Assembly (NCBI GenBank): GCA_964603255.1
Contig: CAZRVA010000004.1
Coordinates: forward strand, 3,532 to 58,688
Source of the DNA: an uncultured Chitinophaga sp.
GTDB taxonomy: Bacteria; Bacteroidota; Bacteroidia; UKL13-3
Length of the DNA: 55,157 nucleotides
Reading direction: 5' to 3'
Part shown: in pieces, positions 19,338 through 27,982 of the stretch
Layout: each line of letters opens with the position of its first letter
Position numbering within the stretch: the first letter of the stretch is position 1
Position numbers and translations under genes: made by a program
The notes under the pieces: generated by a model
Told to the model about the DNA's origin: nothing
The model's database searches: none
Seen by the model: the letters and a program-made list of their open reading frames with translations, nothing else

Positions 19338-19395
19338 AATTCAAATATAAACTTAATTTTAATTAAAAAAACTAAATTTTAACTTTTTTTAAGCC

Positions 19396-20934
19396 GTGAT
19401 AAAAAAAACAAGATTATCCACTCTAATCATCACTACATTATTAAGTACAAGCTACTTAACCGCCCAAAACACTTACGAGATTAAAAACCTTGGCGAATCG
19501 GTAAACTCAGAACATGCTGAGCTTAATCCTGTAATTAGTGCCGATGGTAAAAAATTGTACTTTGTGCGTTCAAACCATCCGCAGAACCAAAATCCAACAG
19601 ATGGGCAAGACATTTGGATGAGCGAAAAAGACGAAAATGGCAATTGGAAACCAGCCATTAATCTTGGCAAAACATTTAATAAACAACAGTTTAATACATT
19701 GTTTAATATTAGTCCTTCGGGCAATCGCATGCTTATTGGTGGCTCCTACAAAGATGGTGTGTATTGGGGTGTAGGTTTTAGTTTTATTGAGAAACGTGAT
19801 GGCATTTGGCGCGAACCTTATGAATTGGATATTAAAAAACTAGATAAGTTAAACAATGGTGTTTACTCATCGGCATTTTTATTACCCGATAATAAAACCT
19901 TGTTGTTAAGCTTTAGCGAGGAAGAAGAAGGTAAATTAAACGACTTATACGTTTCTAAATTGGGCAAAAACGGCCGCTGGAGCGAACCTGTTTCTTTGGG
20001 CGCTAAAGTTAATACAACCTATGATGAGTCTACCCCATTTATGGCTGCCGATGGAGTTACCTTATATTTTAGTAGCAATCGCCAAGGTGGTTACGGGCAA
20101 AACGATATTTACTTAACCCGTAGGTTAGATGATACATGGCAAAACTGGAGCGAACCGGTAAATTTAGGTCCGCAAATTAATACCGAGCAATGGGACGGTT
20201 ACTATACCATACCTGCAAGTGGCGATGTAGCCTACATGGTTTCTTACAAAAATACTTTGGGTAAAGCTGATATTGTTCAAATAAAACTAAACAACAAAGC
20301 CAAGCCTGAACCAGTTGTTTTAATAAATGGAGAAGTATTAAGTGCCGATACCAAAGAACATGTAGAAGTGCAAGTAATTTATGAGGAATTACCTTCAGGT
20401 AACGAGGCAGGTAAAACTAGTTTTTGGAGCAAAAGTGGCGACTTTAAAATCATTCTTCCATACGGAAAAAATTACGGTATTTCGGCACGTGCAGCCGGTT
20501 ATATTCCGGTTTCTGTAAATATAGATTTAACCAAGCCGGGCGAGTATCGCGAAATCAATCAAAACTTAACTTTAGTTCCAATTAAAACTGGTCAGGTGGT
20601 ACGTTTAAATAATATTTTCTTTGATGAGTACAGCGATGTTTTAAAAGAAGAATCTAAGCCTGAACTAAATCGTTTAGTAAGCTTAATGAAAGACAATAAC
20701 GGTATGAGTATTGAAATATCGGGCCACACGGATGCTGTAGGTAGCGATCAAGAAAACCAATTACTTAGTGAAAAACGTGCTAATGCGGTAAAAAAATACT
20801 TGGTTGAAAAAGGCATTAAAGAAAATAGGTTATTTAGTATTGGTTATGGTGAAACACAACCTGTAGCTGATAATAACAATGATATTGACAGGCAATTAAA
20901 CCGTAGGGTTGAGTTTAAGATTTTGAAGAAGTAA
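19396..20934 (+). CDS. OmpA family protein with PD40 (TolB-like) repeats
   Basis: Signal peptide; PD40-type repeats (NPVISADGKKLYF, TPFMAADGVTLYFSSNR); C-terminal OmpA domain (IEISGHTD, NQLLSEKRA, GYGETQP, NRRVEF). Confidence 0.92.
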   Translation: MIKKTRLSTLIITTLLSTSYLTAQNTYEIKNLGESVNSEHAELNPVISADGKKLYFVRSNHPQNQNPTDGQDIWMSEKDENGNWKPAINLGKTFNKQQFNTLFNISPSGNRMLIGGSYKDGVYWGVGFSFIEKRDGIWREPYELDIKKLDKLNNGVYSSAFLLPDNKTLLLSFSEEEEGKLNDLYVSKLGKNGRWSEPVSLGAKVNTTYDESTPFMAADGVTLYFSSNRQGGYGQNDIYLTRRLDDTWQNWSEPVNLGPQINTEQWDGYYTIPASGDVAYMVSYKNTLGKADIVQIKLNNKAKPEPVVLINGEVLSADTKEHVEVQVIYEELPSGNEAGKTSFWSKSGDFKIILPYGKNYGISARAAGYIPVSVNIDLTKPGEYREINQNLTLVPIKTGQVVRLNNIFFDEYSDVLKEESKPELNRLVSLMKDNNGMSIEISGHTDAVGSDQENQLLSEKRANAVKKYLVEKGIKENRLFSIGYGETQPVADNNNDIDRQLNRRVEFKILKK

Positions 20935-20944
20935 AGAAAGTCTA

Positions 20945-21467
20945 AACCATGATTATAATGATTTGATGAATACTATGATTTCCTAGTTGTTAGATCATAT
21001 TTGAATAGCCTATTAAATAATTTCTATGATAAACGAAAAATACCCGGAGAGCGAACTTACAGCCAAAATTATTGGTTGTGCAATGGAAGTTCACCGTGTT
21101 CTTGGAAATGGGTTTCAAGAAGTGATTTATCAACGTGCGTTAGCTATAGAATTAACCAATAATGGCATAGAATTTAGCAGAGAGCATGAAATGGAAATAA
21201 ACTACAAAGGCCAATTTATTGGTTTGCGAAGGGTTGATTTTTTTGTAGAAGGCAGAGTGATGGTTGAATTGAAAGCAGTTATTCAATTAGAAGACGTTCA
21301 CCTTGCCCAAGCTATTAATTATCTTGAAGCCTATGGCTTGCCAATTGGATTACTTATCAATTTTGGAAGTACTAGTTTACAGTTTAAACGTTTGATGAAA
21401 TCGAAATTCATCAAAAAAACATAAACCCACAATCATAGTCCATCACAAAATCATAAAAATCATAGTT
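20945..21467. mobile_element. GxxExxY cassette 1 bounded by imperfect inverted repeats (20945-20980 / 21431-21467)
   Basis: About 30 of 36 left-arm positions match the reverse complement of the right arm; arms are built of ATGATT subrepeats. Mobility is inferred, not shown. Confidence 0.5.
21026..21424 (+). CDS. GxxExxY protein (PD-(D/E)XK-like)
   Basis: LGNGFQEVIY, RRVDFFVE, VELKA, AQAINYL, GLLINFG. Confidence 0.95.
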   Translation: MINEKYPESELTAKIIGCAMEVHRVLGNGFQEVIYQRALAIELTNNGIEFSREHEMEINYKGQFIGLRRVDFFVEGRVMVELKAVIQLEDVHLAQAINYLEAYGLPIGLLINFGSTSLQFKRLMKSKFIKKT

Positions 21468-21475
21468 AAAGACAA

Positions 21476-22345
21476 CTACACTTCAAACTCTAGCGAGTAA
21501 CTTGTTTTAAAACATTCATGAGAGGGCAGCGAAAGCATGCCTTCTTTTTTTGTGATATCATCGTGTCCTTCTACGTAATCTGAATGACCAAACCAAGGCT
21601 CTAAACACACAAAACGTTGGGTTCCTTTTTTAGCCCAAATACCAAAATGAGGGAAACCATCAAAACACATTTTAACTTTATAGTTGCTGTTTTTGTGTAC
21701 CAAACTCACTTCGTTTGATTGCAAATTTTTAAACACTACAGCATCCAAATCAAACAACGCTACACTTAGCGGAAGAACTTGCTCATTGTTTAAAACAGGT
21801 TGCGTTTGGTGGTTAAATAAGCCATTTTCCAACAAGTGTCGCACTGCCAGTTCGGGTTTATTAAACCTCAATTCACATCCAGAAAAATCAGCATTAGGTA
21901 TCAAAAATCCGGGATGTGCACCAATGCTAAATGGCATAGTTTCCACTCCCAAATTATACACTTCATAACCGCAAATCAACTTATCGCCTAACCACTCGTA
22001 AGTGAGTAGTAATTTAAAATCGAAAGGAAATTTTTGCAGGGTTTCATCACTATACAATAACTGATAAACTACCTTATTTTCGGTTTGGGTTTGGATAGAA
22101 AACTTTTTATCGCGGGCAAAACCATGCTGCGAAATGGCAAAAGTTTTATCCTTTACACGCAGTTTATCGTTTTTAACTTTACCTACAATTGGAAACAAAA
22201 CCGGGGCGGTACGCGGCCAAATATCTGCATCTGCCTGCCACATAAACTCTGTTCCGTTACTGTGTTTAACACTCTTTAGCTCAGCACCATTGTTTGATAT
22301 TACAGCAGTAAAGTTTATTCCTTTAATAGTAGTTAGTTGTTCCAT
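21476..22345 (-). CDS. Aldose 1-epimerase family protein (LacX-like)
   Basis: WPRTAPVLFPIVG, QHGFARD, FSIGAHPGF, FVCLEPW. Confidence 0.92.
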   Translation of the reverse strand: MEQLTTIKGINFTAVISNNGAELKSVKHSNGTEFMWQADADIWPRTAPVLFPIVGKVKNDKLRVKDKTFAISQHGFARDKKFSIQTQTENKVVYQLLYSDETLQKFPFDFKLLLTYEWLGDKLICGYEVYNLGVETMPFSIGAHPGFLIPNADFSGCELRFNKPELAVRHLLENGLFNHQTQPVLNNEQVLPLSVALFDLDAVVFKNLQSNEVSLVHKNSNYKVKMCFDGFPHFGIWAKKGTQRFVCLEPWFGHSDYVEGHDDITKKEGMLSLPSHECFKTSYSLEFEV

Positions 22346-22355
22346 AATTTTCTAA

Positions 22356-24383
22356 TTATCGCAAGAGGCGCAATAATGCAATCTCGGCAAAAAGAAACAA
22401 TAATGCTATGATTATGAACAAACGCCACAATTGTTTACCGCTTAACTCGCTGCTTATTTGTGCGCCTAAAACCTGCGCATCATTGGCATTAATCATCACA
22501 TTACTAAACAATTGACTTTGTTCAGCCAATTCATTTTCGCTTAAAAAACGCATAGCACTCTCGTTGCGGTTATGATTAAACGCTAAAATAGCAATTGGTG
22601 CTTTACTGCCCTTTTCGGTTACAGTAAACCAGCCTGGAGAGTTAATAGCCTCGATTTGTATCACTTTTTGGCCTTGATACATACTCGCCTCGGTAATCAA
22701 CTCTTGTTGGGTACTTTTTACCTCAATTAATTTTTGTGTGATGTTGTTTTCAGTAGGTAAAAACGCTTGTTTGTTTTGTTTGATGACATAATAAACCGGC
22801 TTATTTTTTTGAACTCCCATGGCCAAGTTTAACATCATAGGAACAAATAAACTGTGCTGTTGCAGGTTGCTATATTTTTCGTTTAGTGGCACAGAGAGTT
22901 GATATACATTACCTTTACTTACATTAGTTTGCCACAATAAATCGTTACCGTTGTTTAAAGTTATTACTGCCTTTCCTCGCGTGTTACTTTGTTTTACTAG
23001 GGCAAAATGATTGCTCACTACCGGAAAATCAGTGTTGCCCACACGTTGTTTAAATACGTCTTTAAACAACACATGTTGGGTGTTTACCTCACTAACTTTA
23101 AGACTTTGGCTGATGGCATTACCAATTGCTGGTAAGCCGTTTGAACCACCAAAACTATTGATGGCAGAGGGATTTTCAGCCGATGGAATTAATAATATTT
23201 GTCCGCCTTGGTTTAAGTAGTTATTCAACTCATTACTCAAACCTGTCGACCAATCTGTGGGTTCATCTATAATTATGAGTTGGTATTTACTAAACTCTTG
23301 ATAGTTGATATTACCAAATGTATTTTTAACCAAACTGTAATTAGCATCATTAGCATAAACGGCATCAATAAACTTATTTTGATTTTTGCCAATATATAAA
23401 ATTTGGTGTTGGCCTGTTGGTTTTAAAGCAAAATACAATTTGTCGTCAAATGTAATCGGATAATCGGTTATGCTAATCTCGCCCTGTTGCCAATTGTTGT
23501 CGGATATGGTAACCAAAGCTTCGGCTAGTACTGACTCTCCCGCTCCTATGTTTACATTTAACAGAGCTTTTTGAACCTGATTTAAAGTAACTTTCACCAC
23601 AAAACCTTCAACGGCTTCGTTACCGTGGTTGGTTATTTTAATTTGAAGTGCAGTTGGTTCGTTAGATTTGATAAAAGGTGAATTCACATAAACAGAGTCG
23701 ACACTGATGTTTTGAGCCGATTTATTTTCAACCGGAATAAAATTATACCTGATGGCGCTGTCTGGTTTTAAGTTGTTAGCTTTAAACTGAGAAGTTTGAA
23801 AATCACTAATTACATAAGCATGATAAAAGCCGGTACCTTCTGTTAAAAATGTAGCTCTTTGTTTGTTATAAATATCATTTAAAAAAGCGCTAGCCGTTGT
23901 TGGTTCAATGTTATCAATACGGGCTAAAGCTTCTGTTTTACTTAATACACGCTGTTCGCTACCACTTAAATTATTGGTTAAAACCTGAAATTTATCGTGG
24001 TTATCGTACGCATTTACAATGGCACGTGCTTTATTTTTTGCCATTTCAAACAAAGCACCATCGCTACCTTTCGCATTCATGCTAAAGCTGTTATCAACAA
24101 ACACACTTACCACATTGCCACCACCGGTTTTACTGTTTTGACCAAGGGGAATAAAAGGTTGCGCAAAAGCCATCACCATTGCCGATACCGCTATAATACG
24201 ACACAACAACACCAATAAATCTTTCAGTTTTTGTTTCGATTTATTTTGCTCTTGTAATTGCTGCAAAAAACGAATGTCGCTAAACACTATTTTTTTATAG
24301 CGCCTAAAATGAAATAAATGTATGATAATGGGAATGCTTATGGCAGCCAGTCCCCATAAAAAACCAGGATATACAAATTGCAT
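22356..24383 (-). CDS. BatA-domain (N-terminal double-TM) / vWA-like membrane protein
   Basis: MQFVYPGFLWGLAAISIPIIIHLF...FSDIRFL (BatA N-terminus), VDNSFSM (MIDAS-like), ITDYPITFDD, C-terminal LWRLF TM. Confidence 0.88.
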   Translation of the reverse strand: MQFVYPGFLWGLAAISIPIIIHLFHFRRYKKIVFSDIRFLQQLQEQNKSKQKLKDLLVLLCRIIAVSAMVMAFAQPFIPLGQNSKTGGGNVVSVFVDNSFSMNAKGSDGALFEMAKNKARAIVNAYDNHDKFQVLTNNLSGSEQRVLSKTEALARIDNIEPTTASAFLNDIYNKQRATFLTEGTGFYHAYVISDFQTSQFKANNLKPDSAIRYNFIPVENKSAQNISVDSVYVNSPFIKSNEPTALQIKITNHGNEAVEGFVVKVTLNQVQKALLNVNIGAGESVLAEALVTISDNNWQQGEISITDYPITFDDKLYFALKPTGQHQILYIGKNQNKFIDAVYANDANYSLVKNTFGNINYQEFSKYQLIIIDEPTDWSTGLSNELNNYLNQGGQILLIPSAENPSAINSFGGSNGLPAIGNAISQSLKVSEVNTQHVLFKDVFKQRVGNTDFPVVSNHFALVKQSNTRGKAVITLNNGNDLLWQTNVSKGNVYQLSVPLNEKYSNLQQHSLFVPMMLNLAMGVQKNKPVYYVIKQNKQAFLPTENNITQKLIEVKSTQQELITEASMYQGQKVIQIEAINSPGWFTVTEKGSKAPIAILAFNHNRNESAMRFLSENELAEQSQLFSNVMINANDAQVLGAQISSELSGKQLWRLFIIIALLFLFAEIALLRLLR

Positions 24384-24442
24384 GCGGTGTAAATATATGT
24401 AGTTTGGCTAACATAAACATTAACCTATTACTAAACCTGTAT

Positions 24443-24748
24443 TTAAAACGTAAGTTCTAAATCGGTAAGTATATGGTTATTCTGAACATGCTGTTCAACA
24501 ATACGTTCAACATCGTTTAAAGTAACGTGTCCGTAGTAAGTACCTTCAGGATAAATAACCAAAGCAGGTCCGTTGCTACAAGCATCAATACAACCCGAAC
24601 GTTGTGCACGAACTTTACCCTGTAAACCTTTATCGCGCAATACCTCTTTAAATTTATTAACCAATTCCATCCCTCTGGCTTCACCACAACAAGCCTTTCC
24701 CTCGGCTTTTTGGTTGGTGCAAATAAAAATATGTTTGTCGTATCTCAT
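24443..24748 (-). CDS. Thioredoxin-like (2Fe-2S) ferredoxin
   Basis: HIFICTNQ...CC...SGCIDACSNGPALVIYPEGTYY. Confidence 0.92.
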   Translation of the reverse strand: MRYDKHIFICTNQKAEGKACCGEARGMELVNKFKEVLRDKGLQGKVRAQRSGCIDACSNGPALVIYPEGTYYGHVTLNDVERIVEQHVQNNHILTDLELTF

Positions 24749-24776
24749 GTGCCACAAATGTGGGCATTTTTTTTAA

Positions 24777-24784
24777 TATATTTG
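24777..24784 (+). promoter_or_regulatory. Bacteroidota -7 box (TATATTTG) for terC
   Basis: Exact TAnnTTTG match 11 nt before the ATG at 24796. Confidence 0.5.
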
Positions 24785-24795
24785 CAGCCACAATT

Positions 24796-25545
24796 ATGGA
24801 CTTAATCACTCTTTTTTCGAGACCAGAAGCTTGGCTTTCGTTAATTACGCTATCGGTAATGGAAATTGTTCTAGGAATCGATAACGTTATTTTCATTTCG
24901 CTTGTTACAGGTAAACTTCCACCCGAAAATCAGAACAAGGCCAGACGATTAGGTTTATTTTTAGCACTCTTTATCCGTTTGATATTATTATCATTTATCA
25001 GCTACATTGTTAAAGAAATGGTTGATCCTATTATCACCGTTTTCGATCAAGGCTTTAGCTGGAGAGACATAATTTTATTAGCTGGTGGCTTGTTTTTATT
25101 GTACAAGAGTACTTTAGAAATTTACGAATTATTAGAGGCCGATCCGGAAGAACAAAGCAAAAAAGTAAATCCTACTTTTTGGAATGTGGTTCTGCAAGTT
25201 ATCATTATCGATATTGTATTTTCATTCGACTCGATAATTACTGCAGTAGGTTTAGCTCAAGACTTACCAATTATGATTGCAGCCGTAGTTATTTCTATGA
25301 TAATCATGTTATTTTTCTCTGCGGCAATCAGTAAGTTTATTGATAAACATCCAAGTATTAAACTTTTGGCATTAGCATTTTTGTTAACCATCGGTTTGTT
25401 ATTGGTTGCAGAAAGTTTCGGACAACATGTTTCAAAAGGTTATGTATACTTTGCAATGGCCTTCTCTATTTTGGTTGAATTGCTAAATATGCGAATGCGC
25501 AAAAAATCGAGCAAACCTGTTGAGCTTAAAGACATTTACAAATAA
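24796..25545 (+). CDS. terC: TerC family membrane protein
   Basis: MEIVLGIDNVIFI, GGLFLLYKST, DIVFSFDSIITAVG, HPSIKLLALAFL, KGYVYFAMAFS. Confidence 0.93.
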   Translation: MDLITLFSRPEAWLSLITLSVMEIVLGIDNVIFISLVTGKLPPENQNKARRLGLFLALFIRLILLSFISYIVKEMVDPIITVFDQGFSWRDIILLAGGLFLLYKSTLEIYELLEADPEEQSKKVNPTFWNVVLQVIIIDIVFSFDSIITAVGLAQDLPIMIAAVVISMIIMLFFSAAISKFIDKHPSIKLLALAFLLTIGLLLVAESFGQHVSKGYVYFAMAFSILVELLNMRMRKKSSKPVELKDIYK

Positions 25546-25552
25546 CAACAAC

Positions 25553-25586
25553 AAGGGAGTAAAGCATTTTACTCCCTTCATTTTTT
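25553..25586 (+). terminator. Terminator-like hairpin between terC and lipB
   Basis: AAGGGAGTAAA-GCAT-TTTACTCCCTT, an 11-bp stem followed by CATTTTTT. Confidence 0.6.
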
Positions 25587-25590
25587 ATAC

Positions 25591-26292
25591 ATGACAGCGG
25601 TAACTTTTATTGATTGGGGTAACATTGCTTACCAAGAAGCTTGGGATAAACAAGAGGTATTGTTTAAGGAAAAGGTTGATCGTAAGTTTTTAAACCGAAG
25701 CTTACCCGAAAACGAACAAGTATTGCCTCAAAATCATTTAATTTTTTGTGAGCACCCGCATGTATATACACTTGGCAAAAGTGGTAGTGAAAATAACCTG
25801 TTAATTAATGAAGCGTTTTTACAAAAAATTGGTGCTACGTATGTTCCTATTAATCGTGGTGGCGATATTACTTACCATGGCCCGGGGCAAGTGGTGGGCT
25901 ATCCTATTTTAGATTTAGAACAATTTTTTACCGATATACATAAATACCTGCGTTTTTTAGAAGAAGCCATCATTTTAACCATGGCCGAATACGGTTTAAA
26001 AGGTGAGCGATACGAGGGTTATACAGGTGTTTGGCTTGATGCTGATGACCCTAAAAAAGCTCGTAAAATTTGCGCTATGGGTGTGCGTTGCAGCCGTTGG
26101 GTTACCATGCATGGTTTTGCATTTAATGTAAATACCAATCTTGATTATTTTAATCACATTGTACCTTGTGGTATTGATGATAAACAAGTAACCTCTTTAC
26201 AAAAAGAATTAGGTTGTGAGGTTGATGTGGAAGAAGTTAAAACCAAACTAAAAAAACACATTGCAACCTTGTTTGACATGCAATTGCAGTAA
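25591..26292 (+). CDS. lipB: Lipoyl(octanoyl) transferase
   Basis: CEHPHVYTLGKSG, NRGGDITYHGPGQ, KICAMG, MHGFAFN, IVPCGI. Confidence 0.97.
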   Translation: MTAVTFIDWGNIAYQEAWDKQEVLFKEKVDRKFLNRSLPENEQVLPQNHLIFCEHPHVYTLGKSGSENNLLINEAFLQKIGATYVPINRGGDITYHGPGQVVGYPILDLEQFFTDIHKYLRFLEEAIILTMAEYGLKGERYEGYTGVWLDADDPKKARKICAMGVRCSRWVTMHGFAFNVNTNLDYFNHIVPCGIDDKQVTSLQKELGCEVDVEEVKTKLKKHIATLFDMQLQ

Positions 26293-26297
26293 TTCAA

Positions 26298-27233
26298 TTA
26301 AAGGTTAAAATACTTCTCGTTAAACAACTTTTCCTGAGCATTTAAACCCGCTACAAACTTTTGATGCGCTATTGTGCCTTCATGCATAATACGATGCTTT
26401 TTCATTGCGCCAAGTGCTTTTGCATCCAACACAAATTGTTGGGTAACCTCATCAAAACAACTATTTACCAATTTTTGCCAAACGTAATTTACAGCTTGCT
26501 TGTTGGGATGAATTAAATCGCTATCGTAAAAACGATAATCACGTAACTCGTCAATTACTATTTCGTAAGCAGGAAAATAATAGGCGTTGGGTTGATGGTT
26601 ACTTAACTCATAAACGGCCAGCAATAAAATGCCTTTACTAACATTATTTTCAAATAAACCATCTTTGGTATGCCTTACCGGACTTACAGTAAATACAAAC
26701 TGAACGTGAGGTAAACTGCTGATAACTTCTTTCCATGCATCAACTATTTCAGTTACACTCAATAGTCTTTTATTAAAATGTTGTTGCGGATATTTATGGC
26801 AGTTGGCTACTATAAAACCAGGTTTATCTTTTAACTCATACACATATGCAGAACCCAATGTTACATAAACAATAACCTGGGGTTGATGAATAAATTGGTG
26901 TGCTTGTTTTAGTGTAGCATTGATGTGTTGCAGAGCATCGCTTTTATTGGTTGAATTAAACGAAGAATGATGAAGCCAGGTATGGTATAATTCATTGTAC
27001 AAGTGCAAATCATTTTCATTGTATGGTATGCCCTCGCCTATTTGCTTTATATGTTGTGCAATACTAATGGGATTATAAACAACACCATTGGGTTGAGAAA
27101 AAACATTAAACTGATGTTCGGTAAGTAAATCACCAATATTATCAGCAAAACAAGAGCCTGTTAGCAACATAGGTTGTTTGTAGTTAAACCTTTGGTTAGG
27201 TGATTTAGGTGTAAACTTTATTGTAAAATCCAT
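26298..27233 (-). CDS. GSCFA domain protein
   Basis: GSCFADNIG, TLGSAYVY, TVSPVRH, YFPAYEI..DELRDYRFY..D..HP. Confidence 0.92.
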   Translation of the reverse strand: MDFTIKFTPKSPNQRFNYKQPMLLTGSCFADNIGDLLTEHQFNVFSQPNGVVYNPISIAQHIKQIGEGIPYNENDLHLYNELYHTWLHHSSFNSTNKSDALQHINATLKQAHQFIHQPQVIVYVTLGSAYVYELKDKPGFIVANCHKYPQQHFNKRLLSVTEIVDAWKEVISSLPHVQFVFTVSPVRHTKDGLFENNVSKGILLLAVYELSNHQPNAYYFPAYEIVIDELRDYRFYDSDLIHPNKQAVNYVWQKLVNSCFDEVTQQFVLDAKALGAMKKHRIMHEGTIAHQKFVAGLNAQEKLFNEKYFNL

Positions 27234-27293
27234 CGCCTGCAAGTTAACTATTTGCAACAATCAAAAAATACGGTTTCGTGTTGATGGCACATT

Positions 27294-27728
27294 CAACCCT
27301 TTCAGGGTTGGTCACTGTCATTCATCATTATTGCCCACGAATTGTATTCGTGGCTATTCACATTCAACCCATTTAGGGTTGCTTTGTCCTTGTTCTCCTT
27401 ATTCATCCACGAATTGCATTCGTGGCTATTCACGTTAAACCCTTTCAGGGTTGGTTCATCGTCTTCCATCATCATCCACGAATTGCATTCGCGGCTATTC
27501 ACGTTCAACCCTTTTAGGGTTGGTTCATCGTCTTCTATCATCATCCACGAATTGCATTCGCGGCTGTTTACATTCAATCCTTTTAAGGTTGGTTCATCGT
27601 CCTCCATCATCATCCACGAATTACATTCGCGGCTATTCATGTTCAACCCTTTTAGGGTTGGTACATTGTCTTTCACCATTTACCACGAATTACATTCGCG
27701 GATATTCACGTTCAACCCTTTCAGGTTG
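27294..27728. repeat. Tandem array of a 47-bp two-hairpin REP-like unit (7 A hairpins, 6 B hairpins, period 69-72 bp)
   Basis: Hairpin A CAACCCTTTCAGGGTTG starts at 27294, 27365, 27437, 27506, 27575, 27644, 27713; hairpin B is CCACGAATTGCATTCG(C/T)GG; linker CTATTCACGTT; 22-25 bp variable segments. Confidence 0.9.
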
Positions 27729-27790
27729 TCACAATCAACCCTCCCAATACAAAAAGCATTCTATAGTAAGAATATCTAAATCCCAAAGTA

Positions 27791-27869
27791 AAACCATAAA
27801 CCATAAACCATAAACATTGAACCACAAGCCCCAAACAAATCAACCCATCAACCAATAACTAATAACCAT
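27791..27869 (+). repeat. Low-complexity A/C tract with (AAACCAT)3 and degenerate copies
   Basis: AAACCAT x3 at 27791-27811, then degenerate AACCA/CAACC units. Confidence 0.6.
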
Positions 27870-27982
27870 GTACATATCATGTTTACAACTATTACAAACA
27901 AGAAACACTGCCTTTACAATTAATTTCGTTAATTGAAATATCATTAATCAACTACATCTCTTAACCTTCAATTACAACAGCC

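Noticed and set aside
19314-19382. 22-codon plus-strand ORF MKKPFWFNNSN...
   Set aside because: No promoter or coding signal on plus; promoter box, terminator asymmetry and U-tract all point to a minus-strand RNA.
24961-24987. CIRCE element (TTAGCACTC)
   Set aside because: Only the left arm is present, inside the terC coding sequence; there is no GAGTGCTAA after 9 nt.
27294-27728. CRISPR array
   Set aside because: The variable segments are short (22-25 bp) and three are near-identical; the repeats are degenerate with two hairpins; copies occur inverted elsewhere; no cas genes or leader are present.
27302-27813. ORFs 27302-27679 (-), 27342-27779 (+), 27451-27813 (+)
   Set aside because: They stay open because the repeat period (69 bp) is a multiple of three; the peptides are just translated repeat units.
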